IMG/VR virus record: IMGVR_UViG_3300025679_000007
Span: 7,285 to 71,284 of that record
DNA length: 64,000 bases
Origin: a virus
Reading direction: 5' to 3' (one strand)
Notes under the pieces: generated by a model
What the model was told of the DNA's origin: nothing
The model's database searches: none
What the model saw: only the letters and a program-made list of their open reading frames with translations
Shown here: positions 10,169 through 19,326 of the stretch, in pieces
Layout of the letters: each line of letters starts with the position of its first letter
Numbering within the stretch: position 1 is the first letter of the stretch
Program-made: the position numbers and the translations under genes

Positions 10169-10259
10169 AATCACCCTCCGCCCCGGTTGGCTGGCGCGCG
10201 ACATCGAACGCGCGCGGGCGCGGCTGGCGGAATGGGACGCGAGGTGGCGCCGAAACAAC

Positions 10260-10325
10260 AGTCCCGTGGCGCGACAGGTAGCGCGCCGGAATTTGACTCC
10301 GGAGGTTGCGGGTTCGAGATCGCGA
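10260..10325 (+). pseudogene. Degenerate tRNA-Gln(TTG)-like remnant
   Basis: D stem GCGC/GCGC, anticodon arm CCGGA-ATTTGAC-TCCGG, GGTTCGA T-loop; T stem imperfect and 3' acceptor strand absent. Confidence 0.55.
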
Positions 10326-10337
10326 AGGAGAAAAACT

Positions 10338-10596
10338 GTGAACCTTAAAGCCGTTCAAGATCGTTTACCAGAATACTGGACCGATCAAAGCTATCCCGAT
10401 AGTTTTAATCAGGAACCATTACCACATCGGCATTTTAATCACGCACTAACCCATTGCATGAAGGCTCTTGGCGGTCTCGCGGCGCTCTCGGACGCTCTTG
10501 ACCATGCGCGGATGATGAACCGAGGCTATTCCGACCCGGAAGCTGAACGACTTCATGTCAATGCAGGGAAGTATCTCGCTGACCTTGTGATCTGCG
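10338..10596 (+). pseudogene. MazG-like gene, 5' part, interrupted by IS
   Basis: AAGGAG SD + GTG; reads ..KYLADLVIC up to the target duplication. Confidence 0.7.
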
Positions 10597-10620
10597 CCCA
10601 ATTATGCACTTTACAAAGCA
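10589..10620. repeat. Target-site duplication (10589-10596) and left inverted repeat (10597-10620) of the IS
   Basis: GATCTGCG followed by CCCAATTATGCACTTTACAAAGCA. Confidence 0.9.
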
Positions 10621-10670
10621 GAGTAACTTCCTATAAATTCCTTGCCAAGCAGATTGTAAGGAGGCTGATC

Positions 10671-10877
10671 GTGAATAATTGCGTCAAGCAGGATGGTATA
10701 TCCGCATGCATTTGCGACGATCTGCCGGAAGATATGATCGACAGGGCGGCGTCGGCATTACAGGAACCATTGGAGGCACCCCGTTATTGGGCGCGTGGGT
10801 TGGCGCGAGTGGCCTTGTGCGCCGCGCTATCCCCTTGTTGGGATGCGTGTAAGGAATGCATCAAGGCGCATCCTTAA
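10671..10877 (+). CDS. Small Cys-rich IS passenger ORF
   Basis: AAGGAGG SD + GTG; TTTACA-N16-TATAAA promoter-like sequence starting in the IR. Confidence 0.45.
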   Translation: MNNCVKQDGISACICDDLPEDMIDRAASALQEPLEAPRYWARGLARVALCAALSPCWDACKECIKAHP

Positions 10878-11510
10878 CTCCAAAAACCTCTGCCAATAGA
10901 CGCTTATCTCCGTGGAATTGTATGCCGAAAACAACTTCGTATTGTCTTGTCCCACGCGTTTTTCAAGGGCGCCAAGTGGGACCAAAAGAAACCGACACGC
11001 CACAAGACCCGGGGTCGCAGCACTGATTGTATCTATTGATCCCTCTGTAACGGTGAATGTGATTTCCCGGACAGTCCCGTGCGCGATGTCGTTCCTCCTT
11101 AGAATGTAAAATCTAGCCTCTGTAATTATCCGTTCAAATGCTCCCTCGAGAGCTTGGTCACAGTATTGCATAAAATACTTTTCGGACGCCAAGTAAACTA
11201 GGTCAAATCGGCCCAATGGCCCTACAGCTCTCTCGTATTCTTTTATTTTATCTTTGCCGGCCGGGTCGTATTCCATACTCAAAAACCTGAGGTACAATAC
11301 CGCAAATCTGAGTTCCATCTCTTCCCATAGTGAAAGGGCGCGGCCAACAGCCTGATAAATTCTGGTCCTTGTTGTGTCGCCCAGTTTCGGAAGCGGGGCG
11401 GGTGGGTCCCAGGGATGGTGGCGACCAGGAGGCACTGTAGTCTTGTCGACGGGCAAGCGTAGCACCACGTCTGGCCATGGCCGTCTAATCCTGAAACTAT
11501 CATCCCCCAT
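10827..11510 (-). CDS. Putative HEPN-domain protein
   Basis: RNDIAH (RX4H) motif in a helical-looking protein; low-GC passenger. Confidence 0.55.
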   Translation of the reverse strand: MGDDSFRIRRPWPDVVLRLPVDKTTVPPGRHHPWDPPAPLPKLGDTTRTRIYQAVGRALSLWEEMELRFAVLYLRFLSMEYDPAGKDKIKEYERAVGPLGRFDLVYLASEKYFMQYCDQALEGAFERIITEARFYILRRNDIAHGTVREITFTVTEGSIDTISAATPGLVACRFLLVPLGALEKRVGQDNTKLFSAYNSTEISVYWQRFLELRMRLDAFLTRIPTRG

Positions 11511-11532
11511 CGCACAGGAGATAGATCACATT

Positions 11533-11706
11533 ATGGCAGAAGAGCGAATCAAAGATGCCGATGGAGCCGACCCCGTGCAGGCGAAATTGATCCACAGGCT
11601 ACTGAACACGCCGCCGAAGCCTCGGCCGCGCAAGGAAGACGCCAGAGAAGAGGGCAGCAACCCGAAGGATGCTGATCGATTCTCCGACGAAGCCTCTTCC
11701 CGCTAA
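11533..11706 (+). CDS. Small protein (RLLNTPPKP motif)
   Basis: AGGAG upstream; resembles small ORFs recalled near IS1595 transposases. Confidence 0.45.
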   Translation: MAEERIKDADGADPVQAKLIHRLLNTPPKPRPRKEDAREEGSNPKDADRFSDEASSR

Positions 11707-11715
11707 GGGCGCCGG

Positions 11716-12024
11716 TCAGGAAGCGCACGCCTTCCCGTGGTCGGCATGGTTCCCAGCGGCCTTCGCCGCCGCCTCGGTCATGTACTGACCCTTTTTCGTA
11801 TTTCCATAATATTGCGTGCCAGGGCAGTGATAGACGTGGCTCGCGGTGTTCACCCAAACCTGACCAGGGCCGCCGCCAGGGGTTGGGGGTGGCGCCGAAC
11901 GCGTCGGAGGTTTGGCGGCTGTGGCTGCCGCCGAATTGGCCGCCGGAGTATTCGATTGTTGGGCGCTCGCGGAAGCGGACACGAACAAGCTGATCGCGGC
12001 CAGGGCTGATAAAAACGGCTTCAT
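11716..12024 (-). CDS. Secreted small protein
   Basis: Signal peptide ASA|QQ; VWVNT..YHCPG..YYG..K.G.YM domain; AGGAG SD. Confidence 0.75.
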   Translation of the reverse strand: MKPFLSALAAISLFVSASASAQQSNTPAANSAAATAAKPPTRSAPPPTPGGGPGQVWVNTASHVYHCPGTQYYGNTKKGQYMTEAAAKAAGNHADHGKACAS

Positions 12025-12267
12025 GGCAATCTCCTGCTGACTGTCCCGACACAGTGCAGTGGGGTCGCGCCTTCGTCAATTTAGCGGTCGGTCACATTCC
12101 TTGACCGCGCCGGGATCGATTTACCGTCCGAATGACGCGACTTTCCCGCCAATTTACACCAACCCCACCATTACCACCTCGGCTCCGCGGTAACCTCGCG
12201 CCGGCGGGGCCAGGCGAGAGACGGGCACGTCAGCGCGCGGCGTGCCCGTTAGTTCGGAAGGGCGGCG

Positions 12268-12480
12268 GTGATAACATTCGTGGAGTTCCTGAAGCAATTC
12301 GGTAATGCCGCCATCCGGTCCGAAGGGTTTCTCGGGGATGCCCTGGACAACCCTAACTTCCCGGAAATTCGGACGCGGGCCGACCTGGATGCCTATTTCT
12401 TCCTGCGGTTAGCCAGCGCGAAAACGCGGGACGAGGCCCGGCGGTTCTGGGACGAGTATGAGGGGTTGAATGGGGGTTAG
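12268..12480 (+). CDS. YozE/SAM-like small protein
   Basis: TFVEFL..D.NFP..FWDEY pattern. Confidence 0.5.
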   Translation: MITFVEFLKQFGNAAIRSEGFLGDALDNPNFPEIRTRADLDAYFFLRLASAKTRDEARRFWDEYEGLNGG

Positions 12481-12727
12481 CGCTGTCCCCCCTGTCCCCG
12501 CCAGGGCGGCGCTGTATAAAGAGCCAACCGGGGACGATGAAGCGGACTAGGACGCGGATCGGGCAGTTGTTCGTGGCGTGGGGACCGGGGAAGGTTCGGA
12601 GGGTGGGGCGGAATAAGGGGACGCGGCGGGTGTTGGTTCGCTGAGACTCAATGGGCTCAACGGGTCCCTTAATCAAGTCCTGGTGTGCGGGCAGTATCAG
12701 TTGTGGGAGATCGCGCGATGATGACGA

Positions 12728-13084
12728 TTATCTGTTTCGCGACGCACTCCCGGCTCCGAAAATAAAGCCAACAACCGTGAGCATTATTTTGATAATGCCA
12801 TCAGTCACATTGTCAAGCTTAACACCAGAATATTGCACCCATTCCGCTATGCACAGAAGTATGGCTAATATTAACAGCACGAGTGCGCCATTATTAAGAG
12901 ATTCATTGGAAGATCCGGTGATTTTCCCAATGAGACCCTGCCGCATTCCAAGTAAGGCTAGCTCGTGCTCACGTCGCCGCCGATCATCATCGTTTTCAAA
13001 ATCTCGGGATTCTTTATCCGCTGTTGGGTTTGGGTCAACCGCCACCGTCGCCTGGGTTTGATCTTGCTTCGGTTGCCTCGCCAC
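12728..13084 (-). CDS. Two-TM membrane protein, candidate toxin partner of Panacea
   Basis: Two hydrophobic helices; overlaps the 3' end of the Panacea gene. Confidence 0.6.
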   Translation of the reverse strand: MARQPKQDQTQATVAVDPNPTADKESRDFENDDDRRRREHELALLGMRQGLIGKITGSSNESLNNGALVLLILAILLCIAEWVQYSGVKLDNVTDGIIKIMLTVVGFIFGAGSASRNR

Positions 13085-13574
13085 TCTTGGAGTATTCCTC
13101 GTTATAGATTTTTGTGAACTCTTCTATTATGTAGTCATCTGGGATTTCGGTGTCGGCGGGCACTTGGAAATCGTACTCCAAAGCGACCCTGCTCCAGGCG
13201 CTTCCTTGCTGATGGGTCTTTGACGACAATGCAAAACTGGAATAGTGCCCATATCTTTCCCAAACAAAATCTATATACGTTGGAACAACGTTGTTTCCTC
13301 CGCCGACCATTTCAAGTTCAGACGCAGGGGATCGCAATTGAGGATGCAAAATTGGGTGATGGCCAAAATCTTTTAAAGTATGATAAAGAGTTTTAAAAAC
13401 TGGCCCGTGTTTCCAGACTTGCGGTCGCTCAATCAACAGGCTGGTTCTGTTGATCGCTAACCACCATCCGTGCGTAAAGTAAACCAGTTTTTGTAGCTTC
13501 ATGTGCTCTATGCCGCTCTCCTGGGCGTAACGCTCCAGGAACTCGTTGGCTACGGCGAGAGGGGAGTAAGCCAA
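13035..13574 (-). CDS. Panacea (DUF4065/SocA-like) antitoxin
   Basis: VANEFL, MKLQKLVYF.HGW, W.HGPV..LY, LS..TH..W motifs. Confidence 0.88.
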   Translation of the reverse strand: MAYSPLAVANEFLERYAQESGIEHMKLQKLVYFTHGWWLAINRTSLLIERPQVWKHGPVFKTLYHTLKDFGHHPILHPQLRSPASELEMVGGGNNVVPTYIDFVWERYGHYSSFALSSKTHQQGSAWSRVALEYDFQVPADTEIPDDYIIEEFTKIYNEEYSKSGEATEARSNPGDGGG

Positions 13575-14140
13575 GGGAACGGCGCTCCAGATCCGGGTTT
13601 GGGCCGACAGTCGCCCGATGGACCATATCTACCTGGATCGTGACCTGTCAATCTCATCTGTTGAATCCTGGAGTGACGTTATCGCTGCCTCGACGCCAGC
13701 GCACACCTATCTATGCCCAGCGCCATGGAAGTGACTTCCGCGTGCTGGCTCCCGTTCGCCACGCGCCAGTTATTCTCTTTTCAGGCCATCTCGCACACGT
13801 ATGCGATAAGATACTTCCCGCTGATGTTTATGGTGCTGGCCGAGTTAGGCGCCGGGTGGCTAAGCCGCCCGCGCCCGCTGCTAATACCCGCACCAGTCCA
13901 CCGAAGTAGGCGCCTTCATGGCCAACCCAGACACCGCCCGAGCCTGTGATACTCACGGATCATCCCCCGGAACCCCGCAACCTCGCCACCAATTCCGCCA
14001 CCAGCGCGTCCGACACGCTGATATGAACCTCGGCCGCGCCGCGCCTTCCGACCACGACAACCCCACCCTCTTTCGGTCGCGCCACGTATTCAACCGTATC
14101 CAACGTCACGAACCTACGGGCCGGCGGACGCGGAAACAGT

Positions 14141-15127
14141 TCACCCTGGACCGCCAGCGCCTTCCATACCTTCCCTCGGGCCAGCAATCCGCCGATAGGT
14201 GAGGCGCTTGCCTTCCATGCCCTTGGCGGCTTTCACGGCGCGCTCGGCATCTTCAACGCCAAGGCGCGAGCGGTTGTTGAACCGGAAGGTGAATTCGTCC
14301 AGGTAGCGTTGAAAATGCTGTTCGCCGCAATGCTGGTAGACGCCAACCATGCCGCGCTTGAACACGCCGAAGTAGCCTTCCACCGTGTTGGTCGTCACAT
14401 CGCCGCGCGCATATTCCTTGGCGGCGTGGTTCACCGTCTCGTGTGAGCCGAAATCCTTTCCGAGTGTTCCATAGAGTTTGGACTCATCGGTTTGCAGCCG
14501 GGATTTCATGTCCATGTTCTTGGCCATGAAGGCACCCAGGTTCTTCGCGGTGACATGTCCCATATGGGTCACACGGGCTTCGCCAGCACGTTCCACCAAA
14601 GCCACGATCGGACGCTTCTTCGCGCCGCCATTCTTGCCACTCTTGATATACGCGCGGCCCTGGCGATACGCGGGCATCTCGGAAGGCGCCTTCTTGCGTC
14701 CGTGGTAGGCTTCGTCAACTTCCACGATCTTACCCTCCCCGCCGATCGGCGCGGCTCCAGGATCAGACATGCCCTCGCGGATACGATGGAACATGAACCA
14801 TGCGGTCTTATAAGTGACATGGATCATGCGGTGTAGCTGGTGCGCGGACATGCCCTTCTTGCTGGCGGTGAGTAATTGCAGAGCCAGAGCCCACTTGTGC
14901 AGCTTGACGTGGCTGCTTTCCATCACCGAGCCGGTCTGAACCGTGAACTGGCCACGGCAATCCGGGCAGTGATACAGGCCGGGGCGGTGTGCCTTGCCGC
15001 CCATGACGGCTACCCGAAGTCCGCCGCAATGCGGGCAGTTCACCCCGTTTGGCCAGCGGGCCTGTTCCAGCCATTCGCGGGCCTTGGCTTCATCATGGAA
15101 GATGGGGTCTGTCAGGTCGATCGGCAT
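14141..15127 (-). CDS. IS1595 family (ISXO2-like) DDE transposase
   Basis: CPHC..CPDC Zn ribbon, VEVDEAY, LQTDE, TNTVEGYF, YLDEF.FRFN. Confidence 0.95.
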   Translation of the reverse strand: MPIDLTDPIFHDEAKAREWLEQARWPNGVNCPHCGGLRVAVMGGKAHRPGLYHCPDCRGQFTVQTGSVMESSHVKLHKWALALQLLTASKKGMSAHQLHRMIHVTYKTAWFMFHRIREGMSDPGAAPIGGEGKIVEVDEAYHGRKKAPSEMPAYRQGRAYIKSGKNGGAKKRPIVALVERAGEARVTHMGHVTAKNLGAFMAKNMDMKSRLQTDESKLYGTLGKDFGSHETVNHAAKEYARGDVTTNTVEGYFGVFKRGMVGVYQHCGEQHFQRYLDEFTFRFNNRSRLGVEDAERAVKAAKGMEGKRLTYRRIAGPREGMEGAGGPG

Positions 15128-15166
15128 GGCGGCGTCTCCTTGCCGCCTTTTATGGCAGAGTCACCT

Positions 15167-15198
15167 TGCTTTGTAAAGTATATAATTGGCGATCTGCG
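15167..15198. repeat. Right inverted repeat (15167-15190) and target-site duplication (15191-15198)
   Basis: TGCTTTGTAAAGTATATAATTGGC followed by GATCTGCG. Confidence 0.9.
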
Positions 15199-15290
15199 CC
15201 GCTCGAATGGCCGAGCAAATTGGCGCTGATCTTGAAGTGAACACTGAATTGCGCATCAAGACACTGATTGAACGGTGGGGTGGAAAATGA
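15191..15290 (+). pseudogene. MazG-like gene, 3' part
   Basis: Removing the IS restores ..LADLVICAARMAEQIGADLEVNTELRIKTLIERWGGK*. Confidence 0.7.
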
Positions 15291-15516
15291 ACGCCCGACA
15301 TGGCCGGAATGACCCCGAAGCGGCGGCGGTCGTGACGGAGCGTGGACGATTCGTTTTGGCGAGGGGGCGGTACGCCAGTTAAACACACCCGCCACGACGA
15401 TATGAATCGGACTATCCGACTTTGGCGCGGGCCAGCCATGAAATGTACGTTGCGAAGTCGTTCTTTACTCACGCGCCTCGATGTCGAATGATCGGGACGC
15501 ACAAGGAGACTTCCAC

Positions 15517-15699
15517 ATGAAACCCAACTGCATCATTTGTATGTTTGATGACGCTTACGAGATCGCCGGGCCGTTCGCCACGCTTGCTGAATTACAGACC
15601 TATGGCGAGCGGTGGCAACTGCGGAATGGGGATCGCCCCACATGGCAGTCCGTCTACCTCGCTGATCCGCACGCGGCACCGCGTATCGTAACCCCCTGA
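15517..15699 (+). CDS. Hypothetical protein
   Basis: AAGGAG SD + ATG. Confidence 0.55.
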   Translation: MKPNCIICMFDDAYEIAGPFATLAELQTYGERWQLRNGDRPTWQSVYLADPHAAPRIVTP

Positions 15700-15700
15700 C

Positions 15701-15736
15701 AAAAGAAAAGCCCGCCACCCTTTCGGACAGCGGGGC
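15701..15736 (-). terminator. Possible intrinsic terminator
   Basis: GC hairpin followed by a U-rich tract on the - strand. Confidence 0.5.
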
Positions 15737-16047
15737 CAGTTTGGAGGCACTTCGCGGCCCGGTCTGGTTACCGGGATGGGACTTCAGCCGACAGAAGCAG
15801 TCCCACCGATACCCCACCACTTTTGCCTTTGAGCGGCCGGCCTGATGGTCAGCCTGGATTGCTCCGGGGCTCGAACGGGACATCCACGCTCTGGGGGCAA
15901 TTAACCAGCCGTCCGCGCAGTTCTGTTTGCCGTTTGGCCGTTCTGGCGACCGTCGGTCTCCGGCCCGCTCTCCCGCTCTGGCTCGTCTGTCATTCCGGAC
16001 ACGGTTTGCCGTGCCACCGCCAACCCACAATAATGAGCACGGACGCC

Positions 16048-16080
16048 AAACGAAAAGCCCCGCCAGTTTCCTGACGGGGC
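16048..16080 (-). terminator. Intrinsic terminator
   Basis: GCCCCGTCAG-GAAA-CTGGCGGGGC-TTTTCGTTT on the - strand. Confidence 0.7.
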
Positions 16081-16220
16081 TCCATGAGACACAGAAACGG
16101 GGGCCTGAAGCTCCCGGCGATCGCGCAACACGATCTCCCTTCGTACGAGCGGACCCGCTTGAATTGCGGTTATATATAGAAGTCGGTAGACAGATTCGCA
16201 ATCCGCTGGCCACGCTACAC

Positions 16221-16260
16221 AAACGAAAAACCCGCCAGTTGCCTGACGGGACCTTTTTTT
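16221..16260. terminator. Terminator at the end of the late operon, possibly bidirectional
   Basis: CCCGCCAG-TTGC-CTGACGGG flanked by A and T tracts. Confidence 0.7.
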
Positions 16261-16276
16261 GCAACTCGAACGGAGT

Positions 16277-16633
16277 TTATGCCGCAACCGGCCCCGGCGG
16301 AGCGGCGGGCGCTGGCGTGTTCTGCGTCACCAACGCGCTGAGCGAAGCGGCGTTGCTCTGTATCTGCGTCACCAGCGCGTCGATCGCCGGGTTGTCTCCG
16401 GTCGGGCTCGCGGCTTGAATCTGCGCCGCCATGTTCGTGACCAGCGCGATGATACTTTGATCGACGGTGGTTTCATTGGCGACGGCGGCCTGGAGGCTGG
16501 CGAGTGAATTGGTGGTGGTGGCGGACATCGTGCGTATCTCCTGTTGCAGTTGGTTGAATCGATCGTCGAAGTACTCCCGCAGGCTGTCATGGTGACGGCC
16601 GAGCAGCGCGGCGAGGTCGGGAAAGTCGGTCAT
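16277..16633 (-). CDS. Coiled-coil phage protein
   Basis: Heptad-like A/Q/N-rich sequence; ATGA overlap. Confidence 0.7.
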   Translation of the reverse strand: MTDFPDLAALLGRHHDSLREYFDDRFNQLQQEIRTMSATTTNSLASLQAAVANETTVDQSIIALVTNMAAQIQAASPTGDNPAIDALVTQIQSNAASLSALVTQNTPAPAAPPGPVAA

Positions 16634-17364
16634 GCTGCGGATGTGGGGTCGCCGGACCCGGGAACAACGCCAAACCGGCGCATGGTGCGGCTCGATGGTT
16701 TTTTGATTTGCCGTGGCACCCGGCCTTCATCCGCGAACACCTGGATCCAACCGCCCGGTGCCGGCGCCGTCTCGCGCCGTCCGGTGTAGCCATCCGGCGC
16801 CAGGGCGAACGGCGCCTGAATCGCGCCGGACGAGGGGAACGTGAACGGCCCCTTGCCGGCCGGATCGAACCACGACGGGCGCATGAAAGCGGACATCAGA
16901 TGGCCGCGTCCGTCCGGCCCTTTGATCCAGTAGCCGAGCGAATCAGATTCGCAGGCGTCGCACGCTTCCTTCGGGTATTCCCAGGTCACGCCGTTGATCG
17001 TGACGGAAACGGTCTGGTTGATGGTCGGATCGAGCAGCATTTCCAGCGTTTCGTGAGACGCCGTGACCGTCCAGCTATTGCCGTCCGCGAGGTCGTCCAG
17101 CACGGAAACATAGGCGATCGGGTTGCCCTGGTCGGTGTGGTAGCCGAGCGCTCCTGACATGGCGGAATGATCGTTGAAGATCAGTTGCCACGCACCGGGC
17201 GGGACGGTCTGGCCGGGCGGGACGAACACGCATTCGGCATCCAGATTCCATATCGCGGCGAAGTCCCGGCTGATTTGGACTTGTTGCGCCGCGACGTAGG
17301 ACGCCACGAGCGCATCGGTCAGGGCGGCGGTCTCGCGGATGAAGGCGATGGTGGGGCGGGTCAC
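16630..17364 (-). CDS. Putative zincin-like metalloprotein
   Basis: GYH...SHETLEMLLDP...EACDACE motif. Confidence 0.55.
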   Translation of the reverse strand: MTRPTIAFIRETAALTDALVASYVAAQQVQISRDFAAIWNLDAECVFVPPGQTVPPGAWQLIFNDHSAMSGALGYHTDQGNPIAYVSVLDDLADGNSWTVTASHETLEMLLDPTINQTVSVTINGVTWEYPKEACDACESDSLGYWIKGPDGRGHLMSAFMRPSWFDPAGKGPFTFPSSGAIQAPFALAPDGYTGRRETAPAPGGWIQVFADEGRVPRQIKKPSSRTMRRFGVVPGSGDPTSAA

Positions 17365-17558
17365 GTGACTGGCTCATACGAAATCGCGAAAACCGGCATC
17401 CAGTGCGTGGCCTGCCGTAGTTCGTCCACACACCACCCCGCGTCCGGATGATAGCTTGCCTGTCCGATCATCGGTTTCAGTCCTTCGCAAGAATTGGTGA
17501 CGACCCAGACCACAGTACCGTCCGTTGGAGCCGTCTCAATCGGTTGCCACTCGCTCAC
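17361..17558 (-). CDS. DUF551-like protein
   Basis: MSEWQPIETAP..THWMP. Confidence 0.75.
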   Translation of the reverse strand: MSEWQPIETAPTDGTVVWVVTNSCEGLKPMIGQASYHPDAGWCVDELRQATHWMPVFAISYEPVT

Positions 17559-18061
17559 CGCCCCGCCGCTTCCAACACCAACCGCGCCTGATCCGCGCCC
17601 ATCGCCGGATGCGCCATCGCGGCCATCGGAGCCGTCGTGACACCCTGAAGCTGGTTCACTGTGACCTCGATCAGCGGCAACAGCACGTCCGCCGCGTCCA
17701 CCCCCGCCAAGATCGCCGGAGGAACGCCAGGGATGCCCGGCAGCACGCCGGCCACAACGCCCACCACATCGTTGATCGCCGTCTCGACGCCTTGCAGACT
17801 GGTGGCCTTGCTCAGGTCCGACCCGGACGCCGAAAGCGTGGTGATCCCCTGTTGCGCGGCTGCGAGGTCAGCCGCGATTTTGGTCTGCTGCGCCGCTGGG
17901 ACGGCGGTGGGGTAGAGGGTCAGCAGCGTGTGGTAATCGGCGGCGATGCCGGACACGACGATATTCGCGTCGGAGATCGCCTGGGTCGCGTTGACCGAGC
18001 TGGTGCTGGAGCACGCGGCGAGGGAAAGCGCGAGGACGGCGGCGGGGAAGTAACGTTTCAT
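17555..18061 (-). CDS. Lipoprotein in lysis region (spanin-like candidate)
   Basis: Lipobox LAAC after a hydrophobic leader; AAAGGA SD. Confidence 0.7.
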   Translation of the reverse strand: MKRYFPAAVLALSLAACSSTSSVNATQAISDANIVVSGIAADYHTLLTLYPTAVPAAQQTKIAADLAAAQQGITTLSASGSDLSKATSLQGVETAINDVVGVVAGVLPGIPGVPPAILAGVDAADVLLPLIEVTVNQLQGVTTAPMAAMAHPAMGADQARLVLEAAGR

Positions 18062-18080
18062 GGTTTAGTTCCTTTGTTGA

Positions 18081-18335
18081 TTACCCAAAATACGCGTCGT
18101 CGTGCGCCGGCAGTTCCCGCACCGCCGGCGCGGCGCCTCCGGTGGACGATCCCACCACCAGCGCCCATATGCGGTCTCGTTCAGTGCATATTTCGCTGAA
18201 TTCGGCCGCGTTTAACTCGCGGGTATGCGCCCAGCCTTCCTTGCCGATATGCTCTTGCGTCGCCCCGGAGATGTCCGCGAACCGCTTGCCGCACGAGCAC
18301 TTGCCCTCGATCGTGAAAAGGTGGCCGGCGATCAC
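18081..18335 (-). CDS. Hypothetical protein
   Basis: GTGA overlap; H..C.CG motif. Confidence 0.55.
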   Translation of the reverse strand: MIAGHLFTIEGKCSCGKRFADISGATQEHIGKEGWAHTRELNAAEFSEICTERDRIWALVVGSSTGGAAPAVRELPAHDDAYFG

Positions 18336-18790
18336 GGCTTCACCAGCGCTGGAACGGGAGCGGCGGCCGCTGGCGGCGGTATCTTCGCCAGCCCCAGTTT
18401 CGCGTCGATCTTGTCCGCGATTTCCGCTGGCGACACGCCGAGCCGGATCGCCTCATCGCCCGCGTGGTCCATCGCGTATTGCACGCCAGCCGCCATCGGC
18501 GCGGAAATGCCGGGGATCGTCGCTTGCAATGGGTGTGAGGTAATCCCCGTATCGATCGCGTTTTGCACGGCGCCCATCGCGTTGCTCACCGCGTTGCCCA
18601 GTGTGGTCGCGGCCTGCGCGTCTTTCATGTGCGAATTGATGAGGGCGGTGGCGACCGCGCCGATGATGGCGAACACGCCGCCGACCACGGCCACGGCGAT
18701 CGCGGTGAAGTCGACCGGGGCCGGCACCGCGGTTTGCGCGACGGCGGCGGTGGGAGCGAGAAGCGCGAGGCTTATGGTGGCGAATTTCAT
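18332..18790 (-). CDS. Holin-like membrane protein with N-terminal signal peptide
   Basis: MKFATISLALLAPTAAVA|Q, then a TM segment and LL-H-holin-like helical tail; follows endolysin. Confidence 0.55.
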   Translation of the reverse strand: MKFATISLALLAPTAAVAQTAVPAPVDFTAIAVAVVGGVFAIIGAVATALINSHMKDAQAATTLGNAVSNAMGAVQNAIDTGITSHPLQATIPGISAPMAAGVQYAMDHAGDEAIRLGVSPAEIADKIDAKLGLAKIPPPAAAAPVPALVKP

Positions 18791-19326
18791 GCGGTCGGTT
18801 CCTGTTGCTGCACGGCATTGATCGGGGCGGGCGGCTTCAGCAGCACGGCATCTCGCGCGCCTTCCCAAATCGCTTCCCAACGATCCGGCCTGGGAGTGCC
18901 AGGACGCCAGATTCTGAGGTAGGACTCCCAGGCGTCGTATGACGAGAACAAGGGCGGCAGCGGCGCGGCGTCGCACCACAAGTCCAGCCTCGCGAACGCC
19001 ACGGCGAGGTTTGGATCAGCGATGATGTGCACGTGAAGCGAAGCGGCCACCGGGACGAGATACACGGCGCGGCACACAGCCAGCGCCATGTCGCGGCTCG
19101 CGGGGTTGTGCAGGATTTCCGAGATTGTTTCCGGCTCGAATTGCCACGGCCCGGCGCCCGGACCGTCGCCGAACTGCTGAATATCGCGCCAGTCCGATTC
19201 CTGCCCGGCGATGGCGAGCAACAGCACGCGCGCGCGATCGCTGGCCGGGATGCGCCAGCCCGGCAGTGCCGCGCACCACGCGAGGCCGGGATCGAGGATG
19301 GTGGCGAGGAAGGCAGCGGGTGTCAC
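18787..19326 (-). CDS. Endolysin (lysozyme/transglycosylase-like fold)
   Basis: AIAGQES...GP..GPWQFE...YLRIWRPG; GTG start overlapping the upstream stop. Confidence 0.7.
   Translation of the reverse strand: MTPAAFLATILDPGLAWCAALPGWRIPASDRARVLLLAIAGQESDWRDIQQFGDGPGAGPWQFEPETISEILHNPASRDMALAVCRAVYLVPVAASLHVHIIADPNLAVAFARLDLWCDAAPLPPLFSSYDAWESYLRIWRPGTPRPDRWEAIWEGARDAVLLKPPAPINAVQQQEPTA

Larger units (their letters stand above)
10597..15190 (-). mobile_element. IS1595-family element with passenger genes (4594 bp)
   Basis: 24-bp imperfect terminal IRs CCCAATTATGCACTTTACAAAGCA / GCCAATTATATACTTTACAAAGCA, 8-bp DR GATCTGCG, IS1595 transposase. Confidence 0.92.

Noticed and set aside
10095-10877. 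Single 260-aa gene as given in the ORF track
   Set aside because: Chimeric frame spanning the tRNA-like remnant, the interrupted gene and the IS end
15700-16270. CRISPR-like array from the repeated hairpins
   Set aside because: Only 2-3 imperfect copies with irregular spacing and no cas genes; better explained as terminators
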